Source of the DNA: Eledone cirrhosa
Taxonomy: Eukaryota
DNA length: 64,000 nucleotides
Assembly: GCA_964016885.1 (NCBI GenBank)
Contig: OZ024740.1
Span: 317,750,001 to 317,814,000 of the forward strand
Direction: 5' to 3'
This document shows positions 31,601 through 48,509 of this stretch, one piece after another. The notes under the pieces are model-generated. The model had not been told where the DNA came from. It worked only from the letters and a program-made list of their open reading frames with translations, and did no database searches. Each line of letters starts with the position of its first letter. Positions within the stretch are counted from its first letter, which is position 1. A program made the translations under genes and the position numbers.

Positions 31601-34600
31601 TCCAGACCTCCAATCTATACACCACTCCAGACCTTCAATCCATATACCACTCCAGACTTCCAATCTATACACCACTCCAGACACCAAGCTATACACCACT
31701 CCAGAGTTCCAATCTATACATCTCTCCAGGCCCCCAATCTATACGCCACTCATGACCACCAATCTATACAACACTACAGACCGCCAATCTAATAACACTC
31801 AAGACCACCAATCTATACACCACTTCAGACCTCCAATCTATACACCACTCCAGAGTTCCAATCTATACATCTCTCCAGGCCCCCAATCTATACGCCACTC
31901 CTGACCACCAATCTATACAACACTACAGACCGCCAATCTAATAACACTCAAGACCACCAATCTATACACCACTCAAGACCACCAATCTATACACCACTCC
32001 AGACCTCCAATCTATACACCACTTCAGACCTCCAATCTATACACCACTCCAGACCTCCAATCTATAAACCACTCCAGACCTCCAATCTATACACCACTCC
32101 AGTACTCCAATCTATACATCACTCCAGACTTCCAATCTATACACCACTCCAGACCTCCAATCTATACACCACTCTAGTCCACTAATCTATAAACCACTCC
32201 AGACCTGCAATCTATACACCACTCCAGACCTCCAATCTATACACCACTCCAGACCTCCAATCTATACACCACACCAGACCTCCAATCTATACACCACACA
32301 AGGACACCAATCAAAACACTCCTCTAGACTTCCAATCTATACACCACATCAGACTTCTAATCTATAACCACTCCAGACCTCCAATCTCTACACCACTCCA
32401 GACCTCCAATCTATACACCACTCCAGACCTTCAATCCATAGACCACTCCAGACTTTCAATCTATACACCACTCCAGACCTCCAAGCTATACACTACTCCA
32501 GACCTCCAATCTATACACCACTCTAGAACACTAATCTATACACCACTCAAGTCCACCAATCTATACACCACTCCAGACCTCCAATCTATACACCACTCTA
32601 GAACACTAATCTATACACCACTCAAGACCACCACTCCAGACCACCAATCTATACACCACTCCAGACCTCCAATCTCTACACCACTCCAGACCTCCAATCT
32701 ATACACCACTCCTGACCTCCAATCCATACACCACTCCAGACCTCCAATCTATACACCACTCCAGACACCAAGCTATACACCATTCCAGACATTCAATCTA
32801 TAAACCACTCTAGACCATCAATCTATACACCACTCCAGACCTCCAATCTATACACCACTCCAGACCTCCAATCTATACACCACACCAGATTTCCAATCTA
32901 TACATCTCTCCAGGCCCCCAATCTATATGCCACTCCTGACCTCCAATCTATACACCCACTCCAGACTTCAAATCTATACACCACTCCAGACTTCCAATCT
33001 ATACACCACTCCACATTTCCAATCTATACACCACTCCAGACCTTCAATCCATACACCATACCAGACTTCCAATCTATACACCACTCCAGACTTCTAATCT
33101 ATACACCACCCCAGACCTCTAATCTATACATCACTCCAGACCTCCAATCTGTACACCACTCCAGTACTCCAATCTATACACCACTCCAGGCCTCCAATCT
33201 ATACACCATTCCAGACCACCAACCTATACACCACTTCAGACCTCCAATCTATACACCACTCCAGCCCTCCAATATATACACCACTCCAGACTCCCAATCT
33301 ATACACCACTCCAGACCTCTAATCTATACACCACTCCTGACCTCCAATCTATATACCACTCAAGACTTCCAATCTATACACCACTCCAGACTTCCAATCT
33401 ATACACCACTCCAGGCCCCCAATCTATACACCACTCCAGACCTCCAATCTATACACCTCTCCAGACCTCCAATCTATACACCACTCTAGACCTCCAATCT
33501 ATACACCACTCCTGACCTCCAATCCATACACCACTCCAGACCTCCAATCTATACACCACTCCAGACCTTCAATCCATATACCACTCCAGACTTCCAATCT
33601 ATACACCACTCCAGACACCTAGCTATACACCATTCCAGACATCCAATCTATACACCACTCTAGACCATCAATCTATACACCACTCCAGACATCCAATCTA
33701 TACACCACTCCAGACTTCCAATCTATACACCACTCCAGACTTCCAATCTATACACCACTCCAGACACCAAGCTATACACCATTCCAGACATCCAATCTAT
33801 ACACCACTGTAGACCATCAATCTATACACCACTCCAGACCTCCAATCTATACACCACTCTAGACCTCCAATCTATACACCACTCCAGACCTCCAATCTAT
33901 ACACCACTCCAGACCTCCAATCTATACACCACTCCAGACCTCCAATCTATACACCACTCCAGAGTTCCAATCTATACATCTCTCCAGGCCCCGAATCTAT
34001 ACGCCACTCCTGACCTTCAATCTATACACCACTGCAGACCGCCAATCTAATAACACTCTAGACCTCCAATCTATACACCACTCCAGTACTCCAATCTATA
34101 CATCACTCCAGACTTCCAATCTATACACCACTCCAGACCTCCAATCTATACACCACTCTAGACCTCCAATCTATACACCACTCCAAACTTCCAATCTATA
34201 CACCACTCCAGACATCAAATCTATACACCACTCCAGTACTCCAATCTATACACCACTCCAGACTTCTAATCTATACACCACCCCAGACTTCTAATCTATA
34301 CATCACTCCAGACCTCCAATCTATACACCACTCCAGTACTCCAATCTATACACCACTCCAGGCCTCCAATCTATACACCATTACAGACCACCAACCTATA
34401 CACCACTTCAGACCTCCAATCTACACACCACTCCAGCCCTCCAATATATACACCACTCCTGACCTCCAATCTATACACCACTCCAGACCTCCAATCTATA
34501 CACCACTCTAGACCACCAATCTATACACCACTCCTGACCTCCAATCCATACACCACTCCAGACCTCCAATCTATACACCACTCCAGACCTTCAATCCATA

Positions 34601-37600
34601 TACCACTCCAGACTTCCAATCTATACACCACTCCAGACACCAAGCTATACACCACTCCAGAGTTCCAATCTATACATCTCTCCAGGCCCCCAATCTATAC
34701 GCCACTCATGACCACCAATCTATACAACACTACAGACCGCCAATCTAATAACACTCAAGACCACCAATCTATACACCACTCCAGACCTCCAATCTATACA
34801 CCACTTCAGACCTCCAATCTATACACCACTCCAGAGTTCCAATCTATACATCTCTCCAGGCCCCCAATCTATACGCCACTCCTGACCACCAATCTATACA
34901 CCACTACAGACCGCCAATCTAATAACACTCAAGACCACCAATCTATACACCACTCCAGGCCTCCAATCTATACACCACTTCAGACCTCCAATCTATACAC
35001 CACTCCAGACCTCCAATCTATACACCACTCCAGTACTCCAATCTATACACCACTCCAGACTTCCAATCTAAACACCACTCCAGACCTCCAATCTATACAC
35101 CACTCTAGTCCACTAATCTATACACCACTCCAGACCTGCAATCTATACACCACTCCAGACCTCCAATCTATACACCACTCCAGACCTCCAATCTATACAC
35201 CTCCCCAGACTTCTAATCTATAACCACTCCAGACCTCCAATCTCTACACTACTCCAGACTTCCAATCTATACAACACTCCAGACCTTCAATCCATACACC
35301 ACTCCAGACTTTCAATCTATACACCACTCCAGACCTCCAAGCTATACACCACTCCAGACCTCCAATCTATACACCACTCTAGAACACTAATCTATACACC
35401 ACTCAAGACCACCAATCTATACACCACTCCTGACCTCCAATCCATACACCACTCCAGACCTCCAATCTATACACCACTCCAGACACCAAGCTATACACCA
35501 TTCCAGACATTCAATCTATAAACCACTCTAGACCATCAATCTATACACCACTCCAGACCTCCAATCTATACACCACTCCAGACCTCCAATCTATACACCA
35601 CACCAGAGTTCCAATCTATACATCTCTCCAGGCCCCCAATCTATATGCCACTCCTGACCTCCAACCTATACACCACTCCAGACTTCCAATCTATACACCA
35701 CTCCAGACCTCCAATCTATACACCACTCCAGACCTCCAATCTATACACCACACCAGAGTTCCAATCTATACATCTCTCCAGGCCCCCAATCTATATGCCA
35801 CTCCTGACCTCCAATCTATACACCACTCCTGACCTCCAATCTATACACCACTCCACACTTCCAATCTATACACCACTCCAGACCTCCAATGTATACACCA
35901 CTCCAGACTTCCAATCTATACACCACTCCAGACCTTCAATCCATACACCATACCAGACTTCCAATCTATACACCACTCCAGACTTCTAATCTATACACCA
36001 CCCCAGACCTCTAATCTATACATCACTCCAGACCTCCAATCTATACACCACTCCAGTACTCCAATCTATACACCACTCCAGACCTCCAATCTATACACCA
36101 CTCCAGACCTTCAATCCATATACCACTCCAGACTTCCAATCTATAACCACTCCAGACACCAAGCTATACACCATTCCAGACATCCAATCTATACACCAGT
36201 CTAGACCATCAATCTATACACCACTCCAGACCTCCAATCTATACACCACTCCAGACTTCCAATCTATACACCACTCCACGCACCAATCTATACACCACTC
36301 CAGACCTCCAATCTATACACCACTCCTGACCTCCAATCCATACACCACTCCAGACCTCCAATCTATACACCACTCCTGACCTTCAATCCATATACCACTC
36401 CAGACTTCCAATCTATACACCACTCCAGACACCAAGCTATACACCATTCCAGACATCCAATCTATACACCACTGTAGACCATCAATCTATACACCACTCC
36501 AGACCTCCAATCTATACACCACTCTAGACCTCCAATCTATACACCACTCCAGACCTCCAATCTATACACCACTCCAGACCTCCAATCTATACACCACTCC
36601 AGACCTCCAATCTATACACCACTCCAGAGTTCCAATCTATACATCTCTCCAGGCCCCGAATCTATACGCCACTCCTGACCTTCAATCTATACACCACTCC
36701 AGACATCAAATCTATACACCACTCCAGTACTCCAATCTATACACCACTCCAGACTTCTAATCTATACACCACCCCAGACTTCTAATCTATACATCACTCC
36801 AGACCTCCAATCTATACACCACTCCAGTACTCCAATCTATACACCACTCCAGGCCTCCAATCTATACACCATTCCAGACCACCAACCTATACACCACTTC
36901 AGACCTCCAATCTACACACCACTCCAGCCCTCCAATATATACACCACTCCTGACCTCCAATCTATACACCACTCCAGACCTCCAATCTATACACCACTCT
37001 AGACCACTCCTGACCTCCAATCCATACACCACTCCAGACCTCCAATCTATACACCACTCCAGACCTTCAATCCATATACCACTCCAGACTTCCAATCTAT
37101 ACACCACTCCAGATACCAAGCTATACACCACTCCAGAGTTCCAATCTATACATCTCTCCAGGCCCCCAATCTATACGCCACTCATGACCACCAATCTATA
37201 CAACACTACAGACCGCCAATCTAATAACACTCAAGACCACCAATCTATACACCACTCCAGACCTCCAATCTATACACCACTTCAGACCTCCAATCTATAC
37301 ACCACTCCAGAGTTCCAATCTATACATCTCTCCAGGCCCCCAATCTATACGCCACTCCTGACCACCAATCTATACACCACTACAGACCGCCAATCTAATA
37401 ACACTCAAGACCACCAATCTATACACCACTCCAGACCTCCAATCTATACACCACTTCAGACCTCCAATCTATACACCACTCCAGACCTCCAATCTATACA
37501 CCACTCCAGTACTCCAATCTATACACCACTCCAGACTTCCAATCTATACACCACTCCAGACCTCCAATCTATACACCACTCTAGTCCACTAATCTATACA

Positions 37601-40600
37601 CCACTCCAGACCTGCAATCTATACACCACTCCAGACCTCCAATCTATACACCACTCCAGACCTCCAATCTATACACCTCCCCAGACTTCTAATCTATAAC
37701 CACTCCAGACCTCCAATCTCTACACTACTCCAGACTTCCAATCTATACAACACTCCAGACCTTCAATCCATACACCACTCCAGACTTTCAATCTATACAC
37801 CACTCCAGACCTCCAAGCTATACACCACTCCAGACCTCCAATCTATACACCACTCTAGAACACTAATCTATACACCACTCAAGACCACCAATCTATACAC
37901 CACTCCTGACCTCCAATCCATACACCACTCCAGACCTCCAATCTATACACCACTCCAGACACCAAGCTATACACCATTCCAGACATTCAATCTATAAACC
38001 ACTCTAGACCATCAATCTATACACCACTCCAGACCTCCAATCTATACACCACTCCAGACCTCCAATCTATACACCACACCAGAGTTCCAATTTATACATC
38101 TCTCCAGGCCCCCAATCTATATGCCACTCCTGACCTCCAACCTATACACCACTCCAGACTTCAAATCTATACACCACTCCAGACCTCCAATCTATACACC
38201 ACTCCAGACCTCCAATCTATACACCACACCAGAGTTCCAATCTATACATCTCTCCAGGCCCCCAATCTATATGCCACTCCTGACCTCCAATCTATACACC
38301 ACTCCTGACCTCCAATCTATACACCACTCCACACTTCCAATCTATACACCACTCCAGACCTCCAATGTATACACCACTCCAGACTTCCAATCTATACACC
38401 ACTCCAGACCTTCAATCCATACACCATACCAGACTTCCAATCTATACACCACTCCAGACTTCTAATCTATACACCACCCCAGACCTCTAATCTATACATC
38501 ACTCCAGACCTCCAATCTATACACCACTCTAGACCATCAATCTATACACCACTCCAGACCTCCAATCTATACACCACTCCAGACTTCCAATCTATACACC
38601 ACTCCATGCACCAATCTATACACCACTCCAGACCTCCAATCTATACACCACTCCTGACCTCCAATCCATACACCACTCCAGACCTCCAATCTATACACCA
38701 CTCCTGACCTTCAATCCATATACCACTCCAGACTTCCAATCTATACACCACTCCAGACACCAAGCTATACACCATTCCAGACATCCAATCTATACACCAC
38801 TGTAGACCATCAATCTATACACCACTCCAGACCTCCAATCTATACACCACTCTAGACCTCCAATCTATACACCACTCCAGACCTCCAATCTATACACCAC
38901 TCCAGACCTCCAATCTATACACCACTCCAGACCTCCAATCTATACACCACTCCAGAGTTCCAATCTATACATCTCTCCAGGCCCCGAATCTATACGCCAC
39001 TCCTGACCTTCAATCTATACACCACTGCAGACCGCCAATCTAATAACACTCTAGACCTCCAATCTATACACCACTCCAGTACTCCAATCTATACATCACT
39101 CCAGACTTCCAATCTATACACCACTCCAGACCTCCAATCTATACACCACTCTAGACCTCCAATCTATACACCACTCCAGACTTCCAATCTATACACCACT
39201 CCAGACATCAAATCTATACACCACTCCAGTACTCCAATCTATACACCACTCCAGACTTCTAATCTATACACCACCCCAGACTTCTAATCTATACATCACT
39301 CCAGACCTCCAATCTATACACCACTCCAGTACTCCAATCTATACACCACTCCAGGCCTCCGATCTATACACCATTCCAGACCACCAACCTATACACCACT
39401 TCAGACCTCCAATCTACACACCACTCCAGCCCTCCAATATATACACCACTCCTGACCTCCAATCTATACACCACTCCAGACCTCCAATCTATACACCACT
39501 CTAGACCACCAATCTATACACCACTCCTGACCTCCAATCCATACACCACTCCAGACCTCCAATCTATACACCACTCCAGACACCAAGCTATACACCACTC
39601 CAGAGTTCCAATCTATACATCTCTCCAGGCCCCCAATCTATACGCCACTCATGACCACCAATCTATACAACACTACAGACCACCAATCTAATAACACTCA
39701 AGACCACCAATCTATACACAACTCCAGACCTCCAATCTATACACCACTTCAGACCTCCAATCTATACACCACTCCAGAGTTCCAATCTATACATCTCTCC
39801 AGGCCCCCAATCTATACGCCACTCCTGACCACCAATCTATACACCACTACAGACCGCCAATCTAATAACACTCAAGACTACCAATCTATACACCACTCCA
39901 GACCTCCAATCTATACACCACTTCAGACCTCCAATCTATACACCACTCCAGACCTCCAATCTATACACCACTCCAGTACTCCAATCTATACACCACTCCA
40001 TACTTCTAATCTATACACCACTCCAGACCTCCAATCTATACACCACTCTAGTCCACTATTCTATACACCACTCCAGACCTGCAATCTATACACCACTCCA
40101 GACCTCCAATCTATACACCACTCCAGACCTCCAATCTATACACCACACCAGACCTCCAATCTATACACCACACAAGAACACCAATCAAAACACTCCTCTA
40201 GACTTCCAATCTATACACCTCACCAGACTTCTAATCTATAACCACTCCAGACCTCCAATCTCTACACTGCTCCAAACTTCCAATCTATACAACACTCCAG
40301 ACCTTCAATCCATACACCACTCCAGACTTTCAATCTATACACCACTCCAGACCTCCAGGCTATACACCACTCCAGACCTCCAATCTATACACCACTCTAG
40401 AACACTAATCTATACACCACTCAAGACCACCAATCTATACACCACTCCTGACCTCCAATCCATACACCACTCCAAACCTCCAATCTATACACCACTCCAG
40501 ACACCAAGCTATACACCATTCCAGACATTCAATCTATAAACCACTCTAGACCATCAATCTATACACCACTCCAGACCTCCAATCTATACACCACTCCAGA

Positions 40601-43600
40601 CCTCCAATCTATACACCACACCAGAGTTCCAATTTATACATCTCTCCAGGCCCCCAATCTATATGCCACTCCTGACCTCCAACCTATACACCACTCCAGA
40701 CTTCAAATCTATACACCACTCCAGACCTCCAATATATACACCACTCCAGACCTCCAATCTATACACCACACCAGAGTTCCAATCTATACATCTCTCCAGG
40801 CCCCCAATCTATGTGCCACTCCTGACCTCCAATCTATACACCACTCCTGACCTCCAATCTATACACCACTCCACACTTCCAATCTATACACCACTCCAGA
40901 CCTCCAATGTATACACCACTCCAGACTTCCAATCTATACACCACTCCAGACCTTCAATCCATACACCATACCAGACTTCCAATCTATACACCACTCCAGA
41001 CTTCTAATCTATACACCACCCCAGACCTCTAATCTATACATCACTCCAGACCTCCAATCTATACACCACTCCAGTACTCCAATCTATACACCATTCTAGA
41101 CCACCAACCTATACACCACTTCAGACCTCCAATCTATACACCACTCCTGACCTCCAATCTATACACCACTCCAGACTTCCAATCTATACACCACTCCAGG
41201 CCCCCAATCTATACACCACTCCAGACCTCCAATCTATACACCTCTCCAGACCTCCAATCTATACACCACTCTAGACCACCAATCTATACACCACTCCTGA
41301 CCTCCAATCCATACACCACTCCAGACCTCCAATCTATACACCACTCCAGACCTTCAATCCATATACCACTCCAGACTTCCAATCTATACACTACTCCAGA
41401 CACCAAGCTATACACCATTCCAGACATCCAATCTATACACCACTCTAGACCATCAATCTATACACCACTCCAGACCTCCAATCTATACACCACTCCAGAA
41501 CTCCAATCTATACACCACTCCAGAGTTCCAATCTATACATCTCTCCAGGCCCCGAATCTATACGCCACTCCTGACCTTCAATCTATACACCACTGCAGAC
41601 CGCCAATCTAATAACACTCTAGACCTCCAATCTATACACCACTCCAGTACTCCAATCTATACATCACTCCAGACTTCCAATCTATACACCACTCCAGACC
41701 TCCAATCTATACACCACTCTAGACCTCCAATCTATACACCACTCCAGACTTCCAATCTATACACCACTCCAGACATCAAATCTATACACCACTCCAGTAC
41801 TCCAATCTATACACCACTCCAGACTTCTAATCTATACACCACCCCAGACTTCTAATCTATACATCACTCCAGACCTCCAATCTATACACCACTCCAGTAC
41901 TCCAATCTATACACCACTCCAGGCCTCCGATCTATACACCATTCCAGACCACCAACCTATACACCACTTCAGACCTCCAATCTACACACCACTCCAGCCC
42001 TCCAATATATACACCACTCCTGACCTCCAATCTATACACCACTCCAGACCTCCAATCTATACACCACTCTAGACCACCAATCTATACACCACTCCTGACC
42101 TCCAATCCATACACCACTCCAGACCTCCAATCTATACACCACTCCAGACCTTCAATCCATATACCACTCCAGACTTCCAATCTATACACCACTCCAGACA
42201 CCAAGCTATACACCACTCCAGAGTTCCAATCTACACATCTCTCCAGGCCCCCAATCTATACGCCACTCATGACCACCAATCTATACAACACTACAGACCA
42301 CCAATCTAATAACACTCAAGACCACCAATCTATACACCACTCCAGACCTCCAATCTATACACCACTTCAGACCTCCAATCTATACACCACTCCAGAGTTC
42401 CAATCTATACATCTCTCCAGGCCCCCAATCTATACGCCACTCCTGACCACCAATCTATACACCACTACAGACCGCCAATCTAATAACACTCAAGACCACC
42501 AATCTATACACCACTCCAGACCTCCAATCTATACACCACTTCAGACCTCCAATCTATACACCACTCCAGACCTCCAATCTATACACCACTCCAGTACTCC
42601 AATCTATACACCACTCCAGACTTCCAATCTATACACCACTCCAGACCTCCAATCTATACACCACTCTAGTCCACTATTCTATACACCACTCCAGACCTGC
42701 AATCTATACACCACTCCAGACCTCCAATCTATACACCACTCCAGACCTCCAATCTATACACCACACCAGACCTCCAATCTATACACCACACCAGAACACC
42801 AATCAAAACACTCCTCTAGACTTCCAATCTATACACCTCACCAGACTTCTAATCTATAACCACTCCAGACCTCCAATCTCTACACTGCTCCAGACTTCCA
42901 ATCTATACAACACTCCAGACCTTTAATCCATACACCACTCCAGACTTTCAATCTATACACCACTCCAGACCTCCAGGCTATACACCACTCCAGACCTCCA
43001 ATCTATACACCACTCTAGAACACTAATCTATACACCACTCAAGACCACCAATCTATACACCACTCCTGACCTCCAATCCATACACCACTCCAAACCTCCA
43101 ATCTATACACCACTCCAGACACCAAGCTATACACCATTCCAGACATTCAATCTATAAACCACTCTAGACCATCAATCTATACACCACTCCAGACCTCCAA
43201 TCTATACACCACTCCAGACCTCCAATCTATACACCACACCAGAGTTCCAATTTATACATCTCTCCAGGCCCCCAATCTATATGCCACTCCTGACCTCCAA
43301 CCTATACACCACTCCAGACTTCAAATCTATACACCACTCCAGACCTCCAATATATACACCACTCCAGACCTCCAATCTATACACCACACCAGAGTTCCAA
43401 TCTATACATCTCTCCAGGCCCCCAATCTATATGCCACTCCTGACCTCCAATCTATACACCACTCCTGACCTCCAATCTATACACCACTCCACACTTCCAA
43501 TCTATACACCACTCCAGACCTCCAATGTATACACCACTCCAGACTTCCAATCTATACACCACTCCAGACCTTCAATCCATACACCATACCAGACTTCCAA

Positions 43601-45700
43601 TCTATACACCACTCCAGACTTCTAATCTATACACCACCCCAGACCTCTAATCTATACATCACTCCAGACCTCCAATCTATACACCACTCCAGTACTCCAA
43701 TCTATACACCATTCTAGACCACCAACCTATACACCACTTCAGACCTCCAATCTATCCTCCACTCCTGACCTCCAATCTATACACCACTCCAGACTTCCAA
43801 TCTATACACCACTCCAGGCCCCCAATCTATACACCACTCCAGACCTCCAATCTATACACCTCTCCAGACCTCCAATCTATACACCACTCTAGACCACCAA
43901 TCTATACACCACTCCTGACCTCCAATCCATACACCACTCCAGACCTCCAATCTATACACCACTCCAGACCTTCAATCCATATACCACTCCAGACTTCCAA
44001 TCTATACACTACTCCAGACACCAAGCTATACACCATTCCAGACATCCAATCTATACACCACTCTAGACCATCAATCTATACACCACTCCAGACCTCCAAT
44101 CTATACACCACTCCAGACCTCCAATCTATACACCACTCCAGAGTTCCAATCTATACATCTCTCCAGGCCCCCAATCTATACGCCACTCCTGACCTCCAAT
44201 CTATACACCACTCCAGACCACCAATCTAATAACACTCTAGACCACCAATCTATACACCACTCCAGACCACCAATCTATACACCACTTCAGACCTCCAATC
44301 TATACACCACTCCAGACCTCCAGACTATACACCACTCCAGACCTCCAATCTATACACCACTCCAGTACTCCAATCTATACATCACTCCAGACCTCCAATC
44401 TATACACCACTCCAGACTTCCAATCTATACACCACTCCAGACCTGCAATCTATACACCACTCCAGACCTCCAATCTATACACCACTCCAGACCTCCAATC
44501 TATACACCACACCAGACCTCCAATCTATACACCACACAAGAACACCAATCAAAACACTCCTCTAGACTTCCAATCTATACACCTCACCAGACTTCTAATC
44601 TATAAACACTCCAGACCTCCAATCTCTACACTACTCCAGACTTCCAATCTATACAACACTCCAGACCTTCAATCCATACACCACTCCAGACTTTCAATCT
44701 ATACACCACTCCAGACCTCCAAGCTATACACCACTCCAGACCTCCAATCTATACACCACTCTAGAACACTAATCTATACACCACTCAAGACCACCAATCT
44801 ATACACCACTCCTGACCTCCAATCCATACACCACTCCAGACCTCCAATCTATACACCACTCCAGACACCAAGCTATACACCATTCCAGACATTCAATCTA
44901 TAAACCTCTCTAGACCATCAATCTATACACCACTCCAGACCTCCAATCTATACACCACACCAGAGTTCCAATCTATACATCTCTCCAGGCCCCCAATCTA
45001 TATGCCACTCCTGACCTCCAATCTATATACCACTCCAGACTTCAAATCTATACACCACTCCAGACCTCCAATCTATACACCACTCCAGACCTCCAATCTA
45101 TACACCACACCAGAGTTCCAATCTATACATCTCTCCAGGCCCCCAATCTATATGCCACTCCTGACCTCCAATCTATACACCACTCCTGACCTCCAATCTA
45201 TACACCATTCCACACTTCCAATCTATACACCACTCCAGACCTCCAATGTATACACCACTCCAGACTTCCAACCTATACACCACTCCAGACCTTCAATCCA
45301 TACACCATACCAGACTTCCAATCTATACACCACTCCAGACTTCTAATCTATACACCACCCCAGACCTCTAATCTATACATCACTCCAGACCTCCAATCTA
45401 TACACCACTCCAGTACTCCAATCTATACACCATTCTAGACCACCAACCTATACACCACTTCAGACCTCCAATCTATACACCACTCCTGACCTCCAATCTA
45501 TACACCACTCCACACTTCCAATCTATACACCACTCAAGACTTCCAATCTATACACCACTCCAGACTTCCAATCTATACACCACTCCAGGCCCCCAATCTA
45601 TACACCACTCCAGACCTCCAATCTATACACCTCTCCAGACCTCCAATCTATACACCACTCTAGACCACCAATCTATACACCACTTCAGACCTCCAATCTA
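31600..45700 (+). repeat. HOR block C: about 5-6 copies of a ~2.5-2.9 kb unit
   Basis: ATGACCACCAATCTATACAACACTACAGA at 31752/34708/37184/39651/42269 (offsets 2956, 2476, 2467, 2618). ATGCCACTCCTGAC at 32927/35645/38121/40663/43281/45002. The ORF track repeats at the same offsets. Confidence 0.92.
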
Positions 45701-48509
45701 TACACCACTCCAGACCTCCAAACTATACACCACTCCACACCTCCAATCTATACACCACTCCAGTACTCCAATCTATACATCACTCCAGACCTCCAATCTA
45801 TACACCACTCCAGACTTCCAATCTATACACCACTCCAGACGTCCAATCTATACACCACTATAGACCACTAATCTATACACCACTCAAGACCTCCAATCTA
45901 TACACCACTCCAGATCTCCAATCTATACACCACTACATACTTCCAATGTATACACCACTCCAGATCTCCAATATATACACCACTCCAGACCTCCGATCTA
46001 TACACCACTCTAGACCACTAATCTATACACCAATTCAGACCTCCAATCTATACACTACTCCAGACTTCCAATCTATACACCACTCCAGACTTCCAATCTA
46101 TACACCACTCCAGACATCCAATCTATACACCACTCCAGAACTTCAATCCATACACCATGCCAGACTTCCAATCTATACACCACTCCAGACTTCTAATCTA
46201 TACACCACTCCAGTACTCCAATCTATACACCACTCCAGGCCTCCAACCTATACACCACTCCAGGCCACCAATCTAAATACCACTCCAGGCCTCCAATCTA
46301 TAAACCACTCCAGACCACCAATCTATACACCACTCTACGCCTCCAATCTATACACCACTCGAGACCACCAATCTATACACCACTACAGACCACTAATCTA
46401 TACACCACTCCAGACTTCTAATCTATACACCACTCCAGACTTCCAATCTATACACCACTCCAGGCCCCCAATCTATACACCACTCCAGACCTCCAATCTA
46501 TACACCACTCCAGACCTCCAATCTATACACCACTCTAGACCACCAATCTATACACCACTCCTGACCTCCAATCCATACACCACTCCAGACCTCCAATCTA
46601 TACACCACTCCAGACACCAAGCTATACACCATTCCAGACATTCAATCTATACACCACTCTGGACCATCAATCTATACACCACTCCAGACCTCCAATCTAT
46701 ACACCACTCCAGACCTCCAATCTATACACCACACCAGAGTTCCAATCTATACATCACTCCAGACCTCCAATCTATACACCACTCCAGACCTCCAATCTAT
46801 ACTCCACTCCAGACCACCAATCTATACACCACTCTAGACCACTAATCTATACACCACTCCAGACTTCAAATCTATACACCACTCCAGACTTCCTATCTAT
46901 ACACCACTCCAGACTTCCAATATATACAGCACTCCAGACCTCCAATCTATACACCACTCCAGACCTCCAATCTATACACCACTCCAGACCTCCAATCTAT
47001 ACACCACTACATACTTCCAATGTATACACCACTCCAGATCTCCAATATATACACCACTCCAGACCTCCGATCTATACACCACTCTAGACCACTAATATAT
47101 ACACCACACCAGACTTCCAATCTATACACCACTCCAGACTTCCAATCTATACACCACTCCAGACCATCAATCCATACACCATACCAGACTTCCAATCTAT
47201 ACACCACTCAGTGACTTCTAATCTATACACCACTCCAGTACTCCAATCTATACACCACTCCAGGCCTCCAATCTATACACCATTCCAGACCACCAACCTA
47301 TACACCACTCCAGGCCGCCAATCTAAATACCACTCAAGACCTCCAATCTATACAGCACTCCTGCCTCCAATCTATACACGACTCGAGGCCTCCAATCTAT
47401 ACACCACTCGAGACCACCAGTCTATACACCACTCCAGACCACTAATCTATACACCACTCCAGACTTCTAATCTATACACCACTCCAGACTTCCAATCTAT
47501 ACACCATTCCAGGCCCCAATCTATACACCACTCCAGACCTCCAATCTATACACCACTCCAGACCTCCAATCTATACACCACTCTAGACCACCAATCTATT
47601 CACCACTCCTGACCTCCAATCCATACACCACTCCAGACCTCCAATCTATACACCACTCCAGACCTTCAATCCATATACCACTCCAGACTTCAAATCTATA
47701 CACCGCTCCAGACACCAAGCTATACACCATTCCAGACATCCAATCTATACACCACTCTAGACCATCAATCTATGCACCACTCCAGACCTCCAATCTATAC
47801 ACCACTCCAGACCTCCAATCTATACACCACTCCAGAGTTCCAATCTATACATCTCTCCAGGCCCCCAATCTATACGCCACTCCTGACCTCCAATCTATAC
47901 ACCACTCCAGACCGCCAATCTAATAACACTCTAGACCACCAATCTATACACCACTCCAGTACTCTAATCTATACATCACTCCAGACTTCCAATCTATACA
48001 CCACTCCAGACCTCCAATCTATACACCACTCTAGACCTCCAATCTATACACCACTCCAGACTTCCAATCTATACACCACTCCAGACCTCCAATCAATACA
48101 CCACTCTAGTCCACTAATCTATACACCACTCCAGACCTGCAATCTATACACCACTCCAGACCTCCAATCTATACACCACTCCAGACCTCCAATCTATACA
48201 CCACTCCAGATCTCCAATCTATACACCACTCCAGACCTCCAATCTATACACCACACAAGACCACCAATCAAAACACTACTCTAGACTTCCAATCTATACA
48301 CCACACCAGACTTCTAATCTATAACCACTCCAGACCTCCAATCTCTACACCACTCCAGACCTCCAATCTATACACCACTCCAAACCTTCAATCCATACAC
48401 CACTCCAGAATTTCAATCTATACACCACTCCAGACCTCCAAGCTATACACCACTCCGGTCCTCCAATCTATACACCACTCTAGACCACTAATCTAGTCAC
48501 CACTCCAGA

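Noticed and set aside
6972-48284. + strand ORFs of 62-314 aa as protein-coding genes
   Set aside because: They are translations of a stop-free 25-bp repeat and overlap in several frames with the same peptide. Their starts are sporadic ATG/TTG/GTG variants, frameshifting 24-mers are common, and there is no unique domain or 3-bp periodicity.
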